NCBI RefSeq assembly: GCF_036321535.1
Contig: NC_087436.1
Coordinates: 42,658,001 to 42,722,000 of the forward strand
From: Camelus dromedarius
Taxonomy: Eukaryota
Length of the DNA stretch: 64,000 nucleotides
Direction: 5' to 3'
The notes under the pieces were generated by a model. The model was given only the letters and a program-made list of their open reading frames with translations, did not search any database and was not told the origin of the DNA. This document shows, piece by piece, positions 47,811 to 61,229 of the stretch (within the stretch, counting starts at the first letter, position 1; every line of letters begins with the position of its first letter). The position numbers and the translations under genes were made by a program.

Positions 47811-50800
47811 CGTAATAGCAACTACGATTTTCTGGCCTTTAACAGCACTATCTCCTGCTGAGACTAGAACCTGGGAGTCCTGGCGGCATCTTGCTTGCTA
47901 TAATCCTGGCTTAGGGAGAGACCATCTGGAACCATGATGCAGCCATCTACCCTATACTGACTACTGCTCTTCTTCCAAACCCTTCCTGCCTTGTTCTATC
48001 AGGCAAGAATCTCAAGCTGCCTTCATCACACTTTGGACACTATATATTGGATGCTGGCCATCCCTTTGCCGGGAGCCCAGCCATAAAGCCAGGTTAATTT
48101 CCTCAGCCCTGGCCCCAGCTTCTTCCCTCTTCCCATTATTCTATAGCACAGAGGACCAGTGTTCCTTCTGGTCCAAATTATAATACAATGTGATGCTATT
48201 TATCAACACTTTTAATTAAAGTTACATATAGGTATATGAATTATATTTTTACTATGTATATTTCAATGAATATAAAAACCTTTAACCAAAATATATTTAG
48301 TGATATAAACACATGTCTGCAACATATGTAGACTTAAAAACAACTTGTTGATCTTTATCATAGTGTCTTAATGCTTTCCCTTGATATACATACACACATT
48401 TGACTGCCCTTGAATGGTACTATTCCTAAGTCAATGGTGCCCAACTGCAATGCTTAACAAGATGGGATGTTTTGTCCTTAAGTCATTAAACTGTATTTTG
48501 AATTAGCTGTGTAAAATTCAGTAAGGTAATCCAGTTGTGCCCATTTCAGTCAGGGCTGGCTTAAAATTGTCTTAAATTGGTCATGTCAGCCCTGCTGCTA
48601 ATAAGCCGATTGCCCTGGAAAACAGCAGACACACTTTGGTGCTCTTGGGACTATTACAAGAGTAGTCTGTCAAGAATTTGGCCCAAGAGTTCAAAAATGC
48701 CTTAAAAACTATTTACCATATGGCTTTCTTGCACATTTGTGGAAAAGAGTGAGTAGTTGACTTAATATTAAAGATAGCTGCATAAAATTAGGTGCTGCCA
48801 AGGATGGAAGAGAGGCTATAGACCCTAAGGCAATTGGTTAGTTTATTTTTGCGTACCGTCTTTTAGTCTGTATCATTTCCCTAATGCAAGCCTCTGTTAA
48901 AGAAAAACCATTGCTTTGAGCATTTGACATATATTTTCTTTTGTGTGAATAGTTTAAAAACATTTAAGCTAATGCCTATTCTAAAAGTGCTAACTGTTGA
49001 AAATATCTTTCCAACTAGACATTATTAATGCCCTCAGTTCTAAAGAATAATTTTCTTTTAGATCCTGAGAGTCCCTGAAAGTTATGCATTTTGCCAAAGT
49101 CATAACTCTTAAAAGGGAGCAGTAGTTGCCTATTCATTCTTGCAGATACATTTTGGGATAATTATGTAATCATAAGCTAAGATGCTCTCCTTTGAACCAA
49201 AATGACCTTTCAGAGGTAGAATTTATTACATTTATCACCATCTTTAATACTTCTGCTGAATGTCATTCTCAGTCAGACATTCAGCAAAAGACTTTAAACT
49301 TAGCCAGACAATAAAGTTCTAAGAATGCTGATAGATAAGAGTTGCATATTTCTCCTTAGATATTAAAGTGAAGAGTTGTATTTTGAGCATTTGTAAATGC
49401 CTCTCATCATAAGTGTATACATTTTTTAAAACATAGTGTGGTATTTACAATAAAACTAAAGATCAAAAGAGGCCAATGTCCAGAACAAAAATAATTAGTC
49501 AGCAAATACAAGAATTCTGCTTCCATCTACTAGGAAAATTATGGTGAATAATGCCTTATACACTGAATAGGCTCAAGGTTAAGGTATGAGGTACTTCGTA
49601 AGACTTGAAACAGCAGTGAATAATGGAAACAGCCTGTACATTAGAACCAGGCAATCTTATGCCTGGAGACTGGTTCTTCCTCTACATGTGTGGGTAACAT
49701 TGGTCAAGCTGCCTGAGCTCTCTAAACCTCAAATTATTCCCTAATTTAACAGAATGAAATTCAACATAAAGACCTAATTCTGTTACCTACCTCTCTCCTG
49801 GTTTTGCCAGTCAAAGCACCAGAATCTTAATTCCAATAGCCAAATATGAGTCATTGCATTTAGGAATCCATGTTAAACAATGAGTTTTTCGTTGTGAACT
49901 TAATGAAAGTGACCAAAATGTTTATTTAAATTAACTAAACCCCTACTCTGTAATGAGAAATACACCAAGTTTAATACGCAACCTTATATATACTTCTACA
50001 TACAGGATATATTAGTACATTCTCCTAAAGGATTTGATGATTTTTTTAAAAACTTTTGCTGCTAGGCTGAATTCTATTTCTATGAGTCACCTGCAGTTCA
50101 CTGTCCTACTAAGTTGGGTCCAGAGTACCTGATTTTTTTTTTTGTTCCTTCAGGCTCTTATTAATAAATTTTAATTATGCTTATGTACTTGCCCAAAATA
50201 CCTTCTAGTATTGCTGTTTCTCTTAACAGATATTTATTTAGCTGCTATTATTGTTAGATACTGTATCTGTTGATTTTCTCATAATCAGTTGATTTCTGCA
50301 GAAGGGTTTTTGCTTGTCACATATGCTCTAACATGCTGGCCATGTGATGTGAGCCCTTGTTCTTTGGACAAAGATCAGTGTCTTCTGCTTTAATTGTTAC
50401 ATTCTCTCTGCAGGACCAATATTCTTTTTCCTGCTATGGGAAATTCACAAGGGTTTAAACAAAGCCTTCAGGTGAGAAAGTAATTTCCTGTTTGGAGCAT
50501 AAAATGCAATCAGATCCATAGGCTCAGTGCCATTATACTTTAAATGAAATACATTGAATACTCTTAGCAACAGTAGTTCAAAGTCATTTCTATTTAATCA
50601 TTTCATGCTCACTGTCTCCTAGTGGTCATGAAAAGTACCACAGCAAAATCCTGGTGAGATAATATTTTTCTGTAAGTGCAAAGCTTTTAATGCCTGTTGT
50701 TGTAACCAGAAGAGCATTTAACGGTAGAAGACAGGAAATAGACAAGTAGGTAATGGATTTTGAGTAATTTGAGAGAGGGGAGAGGAGAGCAGAAGCTAAG

Positions 50801-51384
50801 GGTGAGGCAAGAGGGAGTAGCCTAGAGAAGGGTGTTAAGAATTGAACAGAAAAATATCCTTGTGGAAACCAGCCTAGAAACAATTTGCTTCATTTTTTTA
50901 AATGTTATTTTAGAGTTAGATCATAGTAGGAGTGATTCGATAATATCAGCTAATAATTCTCTATCTGTTCTAGTAATAATTACCTCTTATTCCTTCAAGA
51001 AGGGTTTATGGAAAAATTTAAGACCACCTACATTATTATTAACTTCTGCTGTAGTCTATATGAAGAGGTAAAGGACTAATAAGGACTGTGTCAGCAGGAC
51101 AAACAGTTGGTAACCAAAGAGAGTAGCAGTCAGTGAGAGTGAAGCCTTCCACTGAGAGATGACTCTGAAGAACTTTAGGAGGCCATGGAGAGGTTAATGA
51201 TGATGAGTTAAGCTCCAGAGATGGAAAGTGATGTATAATGAGAAATATATCATATTTTCTGTTGCACAACTCTCAAAATAAAGATATCATAGGTAGGCTT
51301 GAGACAATTTAAGGAGAACTGACTAATGTGCAATGTTAGATTCCCTCATTTCTTTCTTTTTTTTTTTTTTTTTTTTTTTGCTTT

Positions 51385-51720
51385 ATACTCCAGCCCCACT
51401 TTCTTCTTCTGGAGCCCTGAACGTGTATACTGAGGCTTTGTGCCTTTGCTCATGCTGGAGAGGTTTGGCCACCCCTTTCTACCAATCTCAATATTTCTCA
51501 TTCTTCAAGGCTCACTTTAAATACTACTCCCTCACAGTCTGAACTGAGTGCCCCGTCCTCTATAGTCCTTGTCGTTGGACTCTTACTGTCACCCTTTTTG
51601 TCTTATTTTCTGTGTCCAGTTTGTCCTCTCCACTAGCTTACAAAGATAGTTTACTTGTCTTTGCATGTTCACAGCACCAAAGAGAGTGCATATCTAGTAA
51701 GCATTCAATATTTGTTTAAT
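51385..51720 (+). mobile_element. L2 3' end
   Basis: CTCATTCTTCAAGGCTCACTTTAAAT...CTCTCCACTAG...AGTAAGCATTCAATATTTGTTTAAT. Confidence 0.65.
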
Positions 51721-51729
51721 TCAGAATAA

Positions 51730-51950
51730 GGTGTAGCGTATAGTTTGAAATATTAGAAGATAGATTTAAATAGCTATCCATTAAGTGGTATAGTATTAAG
51801 TTACTTCAGATCTCTCTCAGAATTTCTTATACTCCAGGGATAAAAATAACAGTCCTGCATTACAGCATGGGATTGTTGGGAGGTTCACATGAGGCAAGGC
51901 ATGTGAAAGTGTATTACACGCTGCAGAACACTGTACAGAGGTAAGATCTT
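51730..51950 (+). mobile_element. MIR SINE (degenerate)
   Basis: TGTAGCGTATAGTTTGAAA...AAGTTACTT...GGGATTGTTGGGAGGTTCACATGAG...ATGTGAAAGTG. Confidence 0.6.
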
Positions 51951-52031
51951 GTTCTTACAAAACGGACTGTGATTTGACCACATTGCACATCTGTTCCCTT
52001 CCATGATAATGAAAGCTTTTCTTTACCCTCC

Positions 52032-52574
52032 CGTGATGATGTTACAAATGACAACAAATTCTTAGCTACTCTTCTGTTGGAGAAGCAAAGTCTAATTCCA
52101 TACCTCCTTCCCACCCCCTGCCACTGGATTCATGGTTGTTCCTATGACTCTCTCATAGCTAACAGAGTGCACAGGTCTGACACCATGTGTAATAAAAGGC
52201 CACAAAGCTTCCCCACAGGCCTTCTGGGATGATGCTCATTCTCAGGATGCTTCCTCTCAAATTCTGGCTGCCATGCTATGAAAAGCCCAAGCCACATGAA
52301 GAGGTCACATGTAGATGCTCTTACGGACAGACCCTGCCTAACCAGTCCTTCAGCCATCCTGCCCAAGTGCCAGGCAGGTGAGTGCAGAAGCCACTGGATG
52401 ATTCCAACCCCCAGCCATCCTAGTCATCCCAGCCATTGTGGGGCAGAAAAAGCCAACCCCACTTTGCCTTTCGAATTCCTACCCCACAGAATCCATGGGC
52501 TTAATAAAATACTTATTATTTTATGCCACTAAGTTTTGGGAGTGGTTTATTATACAACAATAAATAACTGGAAA
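52032..52574 (+). mobile_element. MaLR LTR (MLT1G-like)
   Basis: GCTGCCATGCTATGAAAAGCCCAAGCCACATGAAGAGGTCACATGTAG...GAATTCCTACCCCACAGAATCCATG...TTTTATGCCACTAAGTTTTGGG...ATAACTGGAA. Confidence 0.85.
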
Positions 52575-52621
52575 GTCTTCTCACATATAGCCTGCCAATA
52601 TTACCCTTACCATTCATGAGC

Positions 52622-53050
52622 TGTATTAGTTAGGACAGGCTAGGTAACACTGCAGTTAAATAAATAAATGCGTAAGTTAATTAATCAAAATTAAAATAAT
52701 TTAAAAATAATTGTAGTGGTTTTAAATAACAAAGGCTCATAACTTCCTCACACTGCATGCCCACTTTGGGTAAACAGAGATGCTCACCTCATCATAGTTA
52801 CTCTGGAAGTCAAGCCAGTAGAGGTTGCCAATCACTAGCTAGAAGGCAAATAGAGCTGTGGAGGGTCTGGTACCAGCAGTTAAATGTTAGGCCTGGAAAT
52901 GACACATTACTTCTGCTCAGAGCTTATTGGCCAGAACTAGTCATGTGGCTCCTCCCACACACAAAGGTGCCAGAAGTGTTAGTCTTATCATGTACTTTGG
53001 AGAAAGAGAGCAAGAAATACTTGGGAAGTAGCACTAATGGCTACCATACA
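52622..53050 (-). mobile_element. MaLR LTR (MLT1I-like)
   Basis: TGTATTAGTTAGGACAGGCTAGGT...GGCCTGGAAATGACAC...TTGGCCAGAACTAGTCATGTGGC...AGCACTAATGGCTACCA. Confidence 0.8.
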
Positions 53051-54149
53051 AGCTCTTTTATAGACATTGCCTGTCTAGGCTTCCCAGCCAAAGCCTTTAC
53101 CTCAGTGTGTGGTTCTGACTTTCCTCCTGCTGTGACCTGTGTTAGTTCTCTCTACTTCCTGAGGCCAGTAGCTTTTTTTATTGCTACCATTTCAGTATTC
53201 AAGAACTGTATCTGTAGCTAATCTTCCTGTCTACCCTTCCTGCACATTATCTGCATATAAAGCAGTGGCTGTGGTGGTCTCCATGACAACCAAGACTATC
53301 TAGTGCTTTTGCTAAACCCCTAATCATGAAGTTGGGTTTTTTTTCCCCACCTTTATCTTTCTGTCTTTTCTTTATCAGAGCCAAATCAGGTTTGTATAGA
53401 GAGTTCATCATTCCTCCTTCACGTAAAATAAAAAATATAGCCTGGACTCACGTCTCTGGCCTGAAATGATTAGTAACATGAGCTATCAATGGAAGGTATT
53501 CATAAAAAATAAGAGGAGGAATGAAAAGTAAAAGAATAATGTTAGAAGGAAGAAAGGATGTTGTTAAATGAGAACACCAGGAAAGATTTCCAAGAAGGAA
53601 AGAGGGCTAATTAAGAAGGAATGCACCAATGTATGTTTCGGTGCAAATTCTTGACTAAGTATTATATTCATGCCCCAACTCTTTATTATTCACTTTTCAA
53701 CATTTTGAAAGTTTAGATTCCTTACATATGAAATGGGGAAATATGACACTTGCCCAACCTAACTGATTAGGTAGTTGTAAGGATAAAATTAACTAGTCTA
53801 AGCAAAAATGCATTAAAAGTAGAAAGTGGCAATCCACTTCAAAGTATGAGTATTACATTAATTTTAAACAAACAAAGGAATGAAGGTTACTGTTGAAGAG
53901 TTTCTGATAGCATTGGAAGGTTTGTAGATGGCTTTAGAAAGTCTCAATATGGCTTAACTAAGATGTTTAAGACTTCTAGGTACAAGTTGGTGAAAGACAG
54001 GCATAATCAATGCTATGGAATGTGAGGGCACCAATTAAATACAGTTTGTAGGCAGTCTTGCCAAAGGCCAAAATCCAAAAACATACTCCTCTGATAAATG
54101 CCTTTGAATTGGGTACTGATGACCTAAATAATTCAATAGCCTTCTATCC

Positions 54150-55592
54150 ACCCACATCTTCTTAAGATTTTAGCAAAATCAGACTCTGCTTACCAGTTCT
54201 TTTTGAAATGTACCTGTTTAGGATTCCACGACTTTTTGAGAGTTTTCTCTTTGATATCTCCTGTTACTTTTTCTCTGATACTTTTAATGAATCCTCTTCT
54301 TTCCCATCTCTTAACTGTGGTTACTTTCCTAAGGGTTGATGATCTGTTTTCATCCATTAAAATGGCACCAACCAGCCATGCTTCACAGACGACATAAAAT
54401 GATACTTGTAGTGCTTGCTTCTCTCACAATTTCTAGATACACATTTCCTCCTGCCAACTAACAACAAGATTATGAGCAAAAATAACTAGCCGTTGTTGAG
54501 CCACACTCTATCAAGCACCATGGAAAGATTTTTACATAAATTATTTTACCCACATACAAACCTATGAATAGGTGCAAAAGTTATCCCCACTTTACAGACG
54601 AGAAACCTGAAGCTCAGGGAGATAAAGTAACTTACCCAATTTATGGTTAGGTAGGGAAAGCAGTCAAGCCCTGGTGTGTTTTATTTCAGAGCCTGGTCGC
54701 CTTATTTCTATGCTTTAAATTTGTTCTTATGGATACACTATCAGCATCTCAAAATCAAGACATCTAAATTCAAAAACCCAAAGCCAACATTTTGTCCTCT
54801 CTTCACTATTTCTATTAATTTATTAATGTTTTGTTAACAGCCCACACTTAAAGCCTGAGAATTATTCTAAATGTCTCCAACTTCCTTCCATTGCTCCCAA
54901 CCCCATACACTAAATTCTGTAGATTCATTCTTCCCACTATCTTTCCTACCCAGAGCTTCCATTCCATTCCTGCTGCCATTTTCCTCATGTTCGTACTCTT
55001 ACAGTAGCTTCCTAAAAGTTCACTCTGCCTCACTTCTCTCCCCCTGAACACTGTTCCCAGACTGAGCCTCTTAAAGCACTATTTCAGTCATCCTGTTCTT
55101 CTAAACACAAGTCTAAACACCTTGTCTGAAGCTGCAAGCATATGCTAGATCTACTCCTAGACGTATTTTATACTACTCCTTTGTGAAAAATGCAACTAAG
55201 CTGAACTAATAAATGTTTCTTGAACATTTCTCTCCTCTGCCTTTTTTCATGTCATTCCATAAAAATCTAATACCCATCTCTACTTATGAAGTCCTACTCA
55301 TCATTGAGAGCTTCAGTCAAATGTTACCACCTCCATGAAGCCCAATTGGGTCTCCCCAGTCAGAAGAGGCCTGATCCTCTTCTGACTGCCTGAATATTTG
55401 GTTTATACCACTATTAATGTGCTCATCTGATACTACAATAAATTCTAGTTCTGCATGATTGTCTTATTTCCTGCTCTAATACTGCAACCACTAGGGAGGA
55501 AAATGCCTTACTTTATACATCTTTGTATTTCCCAGAGTAACTGACACAGTGCTTTGCACATAGTAGGAGATCAACTACTGCTTGAATGAATA
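54150..55592 (+). mobile_element. L2 LINE (about 1.2 kb) interrupted by a MIR
   Basis: L2 motifs throughout; ends TCTTTGTATTTCCCAG...CACAGTGCTTTGCACATAGTAGG...TTGAATGAAT. Confidence 0.7.
54478..54715 (-). mobile_element. MIR SINE
   Basis: TTATCCCCACTTTACAGACGAGAAACCTGAAGCTCAGGGAGATAAAGTAACTTACCCAA. Confidence 0.8.
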
Positions 55593-56379
55593 TGAACAAG
55601 GAACTCAGACATGAAGCATATCTTTAAAAATATATCATATAAATCATAGAAATGAACAGTTGGTAAAACTTCATTTGACATTTTTATGATATGCTTGGTA
55701 TATATAGTGATATACATTAGTCATCAGTAGCTATGTTCAATTATTCACCTTCCAGAAGCTATAACTCAGGCAGAAAGGCATTTGTTTAGGAGAGTCTATC
55801 TTAATTAAAGAGTATTTGCTGGATCTCTTAACAGCCAACATTGGAGAGATGAGAGGCAATCATTTCCAAGTTTTTCTGCATTACCTACAATAATCATGTT
55901 TCATGCCAAAAAAAACATGATGTCTATGTTGTGTAAAATGGTAAATTGAATTTTTGGCTTATAATGGAGTTGAGAACTGAACTTCTGCAAATTTCAACAA
56001 AACATCATTTGAAACATTAAATGCTAAAAACAAATAATCTATTTTCTAATTCAACTCCCAACTCCTTTCCTAAGGCATACCATGTGCAATGTAAAGCCAG
56101 AAAAATCCATCATAGCAATATAAAACTTGAAATGAAACTATGCAATTTTCAATTGTGTTATTTCTTCTTAAATATTTCTTGGTTATGCTTATAAAAACAT
56201 TTTATTTCACATAAAAGTATTTTAAAACCACTGTCCTCCTAAGGGGGTTTTTGTTGTTTTGGTTTTTTGTTTGTTTGTTAGTTTTTTGTTTGTTTTGTTT
56301 TTTGATTGGGAATGTTCAACCTAGAAGTTGTGGAGAAGGAAAGAAAATTAGAGTTCATTTGAAGCCTCTGATTGATGCA

Positions 56380-56610
56380 TGAATTTCTGGTCATCACTGA
56401 CGAAAGGCCATGTAGCCCGTGAATCTTGCCACAAGGTACCTGACATGGTAACCTATTCTAGTTTGACAGCTTCCACTGTCAGAAAATGTCTATTGAATAA
56501 AATTCTACCTTTGTCCTCTGGAGTCTTGAACAGTAGCCCTGGTGTTTCTGAATATTATTACAATCCTTTAATTATTTGAGTACAATTATCATGTCTTCTC
56601 TCTTCCAAAG
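56380..56610 (-). mobile_element. L3/CR1 LINE fragment
   Basis: TTGACAGCTTCCACTGTCAGAAAATGT...GTCCTCTGGAG...TATTTGAGTACAATTATCATGTCTTCTCTCTTCC resembles L3 in reverse. Confidence 0.5.
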
Positions 56611-57489
56611 TGTTGTGAGATAGGAGCTTACTTTTAATCCAGCATCAAAGGTCATAATTTCAAAAGCCTTAGACAAGATCTGGGACCATGTGATCTTTAA
56701 AAATCTTCACTAAGTGTTTCAGCTGAATCGCCTCATTCTCCTATCTCTGCTATATATTCTCAGTCGCCTGCTCTTCTTGCTCTATCTAAGGAAGTCTAAT
56801 AGGATTTGTTCCTGACACAGGAAACCACTAGGATACCCAGAAGGCATATTAGAACTTCCTATATTCATGTAGTTATGTAGTTATATAGAATGGATCCATC
56901 TTGCTACCATCCTGACCTTGCAGTCCCATGGACTGGCTCATCTCTGACTGGATGCTTTGAACTTCATCCCTTTCTTGTACCTAATCACTGTTCCTCCTTC
57001 TGTACCAGATGTCTACCTATCTGCTTTATGAATATGGTAGGACTATTCTTCAAGGTATTTATTTTTGTATATCCTGAGTATTTTCTCTCCCTCTATTTCT
57101 AAATAGTACTCTGAGGGTATTTTCCCTAACCCATAGCCCCCATGAGCCAAAAAGCCAAAGACCCAAAGAATGAAGCCAGTAGTCACTGTGTGTGACAGAA
57201 AGATTTGGAAGTCGCCTTGAAGGCTGAATTTTTCTGCTCCTAGAAACAAGATGATTCAGAAGCCATGGAAAGGGAGGGACCTGATTGAGAAAGTGGAGAG
57301 GCAACTCAGACTAGAAAGTAGGGGTGGAGAAGCCCAAGTCTTCAACATGTGATTGGAGTCTGGGAAAGGTGGTGGTGGATGAAAGTTGGAATGGGCACAA
57401 GAAGTATCTTCCAGCAAGAGGGTGAAAACTTACTGCTTAGCTGTAGTCATAAGAGGACCCACAACCATCCATATTCAGTGACCTGAAAA

Positions 57490-57702
57490 GTCTACCTCCA
57501 TACCTTTCCTTTGTAGTATTTGAAGAATTGTGATTTGTTTGTAACTACTTGATTAGTGTATACCTCTCTCCAGCTCAGGCTGCAGTTCCATGAGGATGGG
57601 CTGAACTGTGTCTGGTCCACTTATCACTGTCTAGGCACCTAGAACAGTGTCTGACACATAGCAGGCATTCAATGAATATTTGTTGAATGTATGAAGAATG
57701 AA
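57490..57702 (+). mobile_element. L2 3' end
   Basis: GTTCCATGAGGATGGG...GCACCTAGAACAGTGTCTGACACATAGCAGGCATTCAATGAATATTTGTTGAATG. Confidence 0.85.
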
Positions 57703-59598
57703 AAATAAGTGATACTAATGTGGAGAGATTACAGGTTAGTCAAGAATAGGTAATTAGCTATCTGTGTATGCTTAAGTTCACTAACAGCAACACCAGTATA
57801 TAGTTTATCGTAACGTCATTTGAGTTTTCCTCAACTAGATATTTTGTTGTATTCCATAATCTTTCATTGAATAACCTCCTTAGGCATTATAAAACAAGCA
57901 CATTTGAACTAGATAGAAGCATTCAACCACCTGGAGACCACCAGCATAGAGCCCAAAGAGAGACAGCTATGCCATCAGCATCCTGGCAGAAAGAACGGCA
58001 CACATGGTGTCTGAATACAGACTATTCCAGGTTTAGATAAGCCAAGTGTTACATAAGCAGCTAGGGTCAGCCAATGCGGGTTATTCCCGACCATCATTCT
58101 GGGGTTCTGCTCCAAAACTCATTTTTAGACTATCTCAAGGGTTTTTGATTTTTTTTAATTCATTTATTTAAATATTTTTGCAGCCAGTTTGAATATTTGA
58201 AGTAATACAACACTGAAAATATCAAAGAAGTTGATTCCATTCCAATTTTTGTTATGTGAAGCACTTAATCAAATGATTATGTGTGAATTGTTCCTTTGAA
58301 TAGGAGTAGTTTTAAAAGGAATTGTTTAATGTATGAACTCTTATATGGAAGCCAGCCATACCTCCTTTGACCTTGAAGCCCCCCCTTTCTTTTCCCTTCT
58401 TTATTTGACACGGAATCAGATAGGCTAGATCTTTCAGAATCTCGAAATTAGTATACATACTTATTAAGGAGAGAAAAAGACTTAAAAGTAATTATTTTGC
58501 TCCTATAAAGCAGCTGTCATTTCCATGGTTCACATTAGCCATGCAGTACAGGCATCGTTTCATCATCTCCTCTTATGAAAGGTTTTGTTTTGGTTGTTTT
58601 GTTTTTGTGTTTGTTTTCTCTGCTTAAGCTTGAGATGGAGAAAGAAATCAAGTGAAATGTTACGCTTTCCCACCTTCTCTATAATCCTCCTTACCACCTT
58701 TAACTCAGACTTCACCTATGTTCGATCTACCCAAAACAACTTTGCAATTTGGGAAGGAAAGAGAATAGGGAAGGAAAACACAGGAATTCTTATTGGGAGA
58801 GGTATATTTCACAGGCTTAGCAGGAGGGGACAAAATTCAAGCCATCAGGATTCCTCCTGCTCCCTCCTCCACTGTTTCCATTGAATATCACTACCTTTTG
58901 AGAATGGTTCAAAATTCAGTCTTGATTCTCTTCCTACCTCAGAAATCCTCCATGCTATGACTTGAAACTGTGGGTTTAATTTCCATTTGCTTCTTTTTAA
59001 TTGAATTGACTTTAAAATGATGAATGAAAATACTTTCTCTCAAATTAATATTATAAAATATAATTGACATTTAGAGTTTGTTATTTTCCATTCTTAATAG
59101 CCTGGGGAAAATTAAAACAAGAAAACAGCTCCAAAACAGCACTAAATTATGCTCAGTGTGCCTGCTTGAAGCATTGTTAAGCCACTATTAAATTTAAGTG
59201 TTTAGATTCACATATCATTTACTTAGGTACATAAAATAAAATTGACCTCATTTTAGAAATTCGTGCTTTTCTGGTATTTGTCAAGGCCTGAAGACAAAGT
59301 TTTTATCTAAATACATGTTTATTCCTACTCTTTTATAATTTATAAATTCTTAGCCAAGATTATAAAATACTGATTGATGCCACAACAATTTTTTTTCATT
59401 TTTCAGTTTTATTAGGTAGAATTGTTACAATTTGACTGTGCATATACAATCTACTGCATGTAAATACATATACACAATATACTGCACATTTTTTATATTT
59501 ACATATATGTACTGTTCATTGTTTCTAAGAACAGTTAGAGCTTTAGCTTTTTAAATTTACAGAGTTATCAAAGGAATAAAGCCAACCACAAAATAAGA

Positions 59599-59774
59599 AT
59601 TAATTCAAAAAGATACATACACCCTGCTATTAACAGTAACATTATTTATAATTGCCAAAATATGGAAGCATCCTAAGTGCACATCAATAAATGAATGGAT
59701 AAAGAAGATCCAGCACATATATGTAATGGAATCAATTCACCCATAAGAAAGAAGGATATTTTGCCATTTGCAGC
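59599..59774 (+). mobile_element. L1 ORF2-end fragment
   Basis: TTAATTCAAAAAGATACATACACC...ATATGGAAGCATCCTAAGTG...GAATGGATAAAGAAGAT...TTTTGCCATTTGCAGC. Confidence 0.85.
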
Positions 59775-60149
59775 CCTTCACTCACTTTTCTTTGCACTTC
59801 AAAAACCAGAATTTTATAACTGGCATAAACCCACAACATTTTTAATGTTTACTTTTTCTTATTTTAAAAGTGATACATGCCAATTAGGTAAAATATTGTT
59901 TGTCTGTATGTGTGTATAGTTGTATATAATGTAGAGATTTAATGATACATATGTATATAAGTATATGTAATAATATTTAAATATAAGTGTAGCCATTAAT
60001 TATTTTATATATGATATATATATATTACTGAATATAACACATAAATTATATAGTATTTATATATAAATACATCATGTACTGTGTATACACATGCACACAC
60101 ACAGATGTTCTATAAACAACATGGTACGGACATTGGTTGTTTTCCTCCA

Positions 60150-60665
60150 TAGTATCAACAACCCAAATTTTCCTTTGGGACTCATCCTCTATCTCCCACC
60201 CCTCTCGGCTTTCTATCCATATAGGTGTGTGTAGGTTTCCTTCCCCATTCAACCCTTGAATGAAACAAATAAATCAAGCATAAACCAATCAAAGCAACAT
60301 AATCTGCAGGTATTGGATCAGGGGTGGGCACATGCACTAAATTGGTCCAATCAGAGAGAATTTCAGGATGTATGCTGGGAATATTAAGACAAAGACATTC
60401 CCTCTTTTCTAATGTAGAAATTCTGTAACCATTATACACCCATATGGAGATAAAGAATGAAGTCAAAACAATGATTAGCAGAGCAGAAGGATGAGAGAAA
60501 CTGCTACCTGGAGACACTTTGTGAGTCCTAAACCAAATTGTTCCTGAATCCATTGTGTACTCATTGTGTACTCATGGACTCCATGTGGATTATAAGAGCC
60601 AACATATTCACCACATTTAACTGAGTTTTTTGTGACTTAACAACAAAGGATCTTAACTACAATAC
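60150..60665 (+). mobile_element. old MaLR LTR (MLT1K-like)
   Basis: TAAACCAATCA...TTGGATCAGGGGTGGGCACATG...GGTCCAATCAGAG...TTTTGTGACTTAACAACAAAGGATCTTAACT. Confidence 0.7.
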
Positions 60666-60949
60666 TTATTATCTAGAGATCATTGTGGAAATTTCACATA
60701 CTTTTTCTCATCTTTTCTCTAATCACTATATAATTATAAATGGATGACTTTTTCATAATGAAAGGGACCTTATTAAACCTTATTCTATAAATACAATTTC
60801 TGAAGTGAATAATCTACATGTTTTACGAATATCCTTAACTTACAAATACATTATGATTGTTACTAATTTAACGGGTCTGGAAGTAAACTTAAATGTCTAT
60901 CTAAAAGAAAAATTGATATATTAAAAAATGATGCAAAATGGTGCGAACA

Positions 60950-61160
60950 CATTAAAATACAGGACAGTGATTTCAATTCTACTGTTAGATGCTTACCCAA
61001 GAGAAACATGCTCACACAAAGCCTTTATGTGAGTGTGAATAGTGGTTTTACTCACAAGCTCCAAAGGCTGGGAACAGCTCAGAGGTCCTTCAGCTGGTCA
61101 GTGGATACACAAACTGTGGTAATCCATACCATGGAATACTACTCAGCAATAAAAAGGAAG
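60950..61160 (+). mobile_element. old L1M ORF2-end fragment
   Basis: TTACCCAAGAGAAAC...GTGGATACACAAACTGTGGTAATCCATACCATGGAATACTACTCAGCAATAAAAAGGAA. Confidence 0.75.
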
Positions 61161-61229
61161 AAGCGAGGTGTGGCGGATAAAGAATGGGGAGAAGAATACT
61201 ATACCAATCATAGAAAAGATGGACAAAAA

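Noticed and set aside
52757..53221. Longest ORF in the window (154 aa)
   Set aside because: Mostly within an MLT1 LTR; no recognisable domain or splice context.
60551..60574. Short tandem duplication CATTGTGTACT x2 (similar ones near 16955-16990, 20693-20717 and 38044-38084)
   Set aside because: Ordinary slippage duplications, not arrays.
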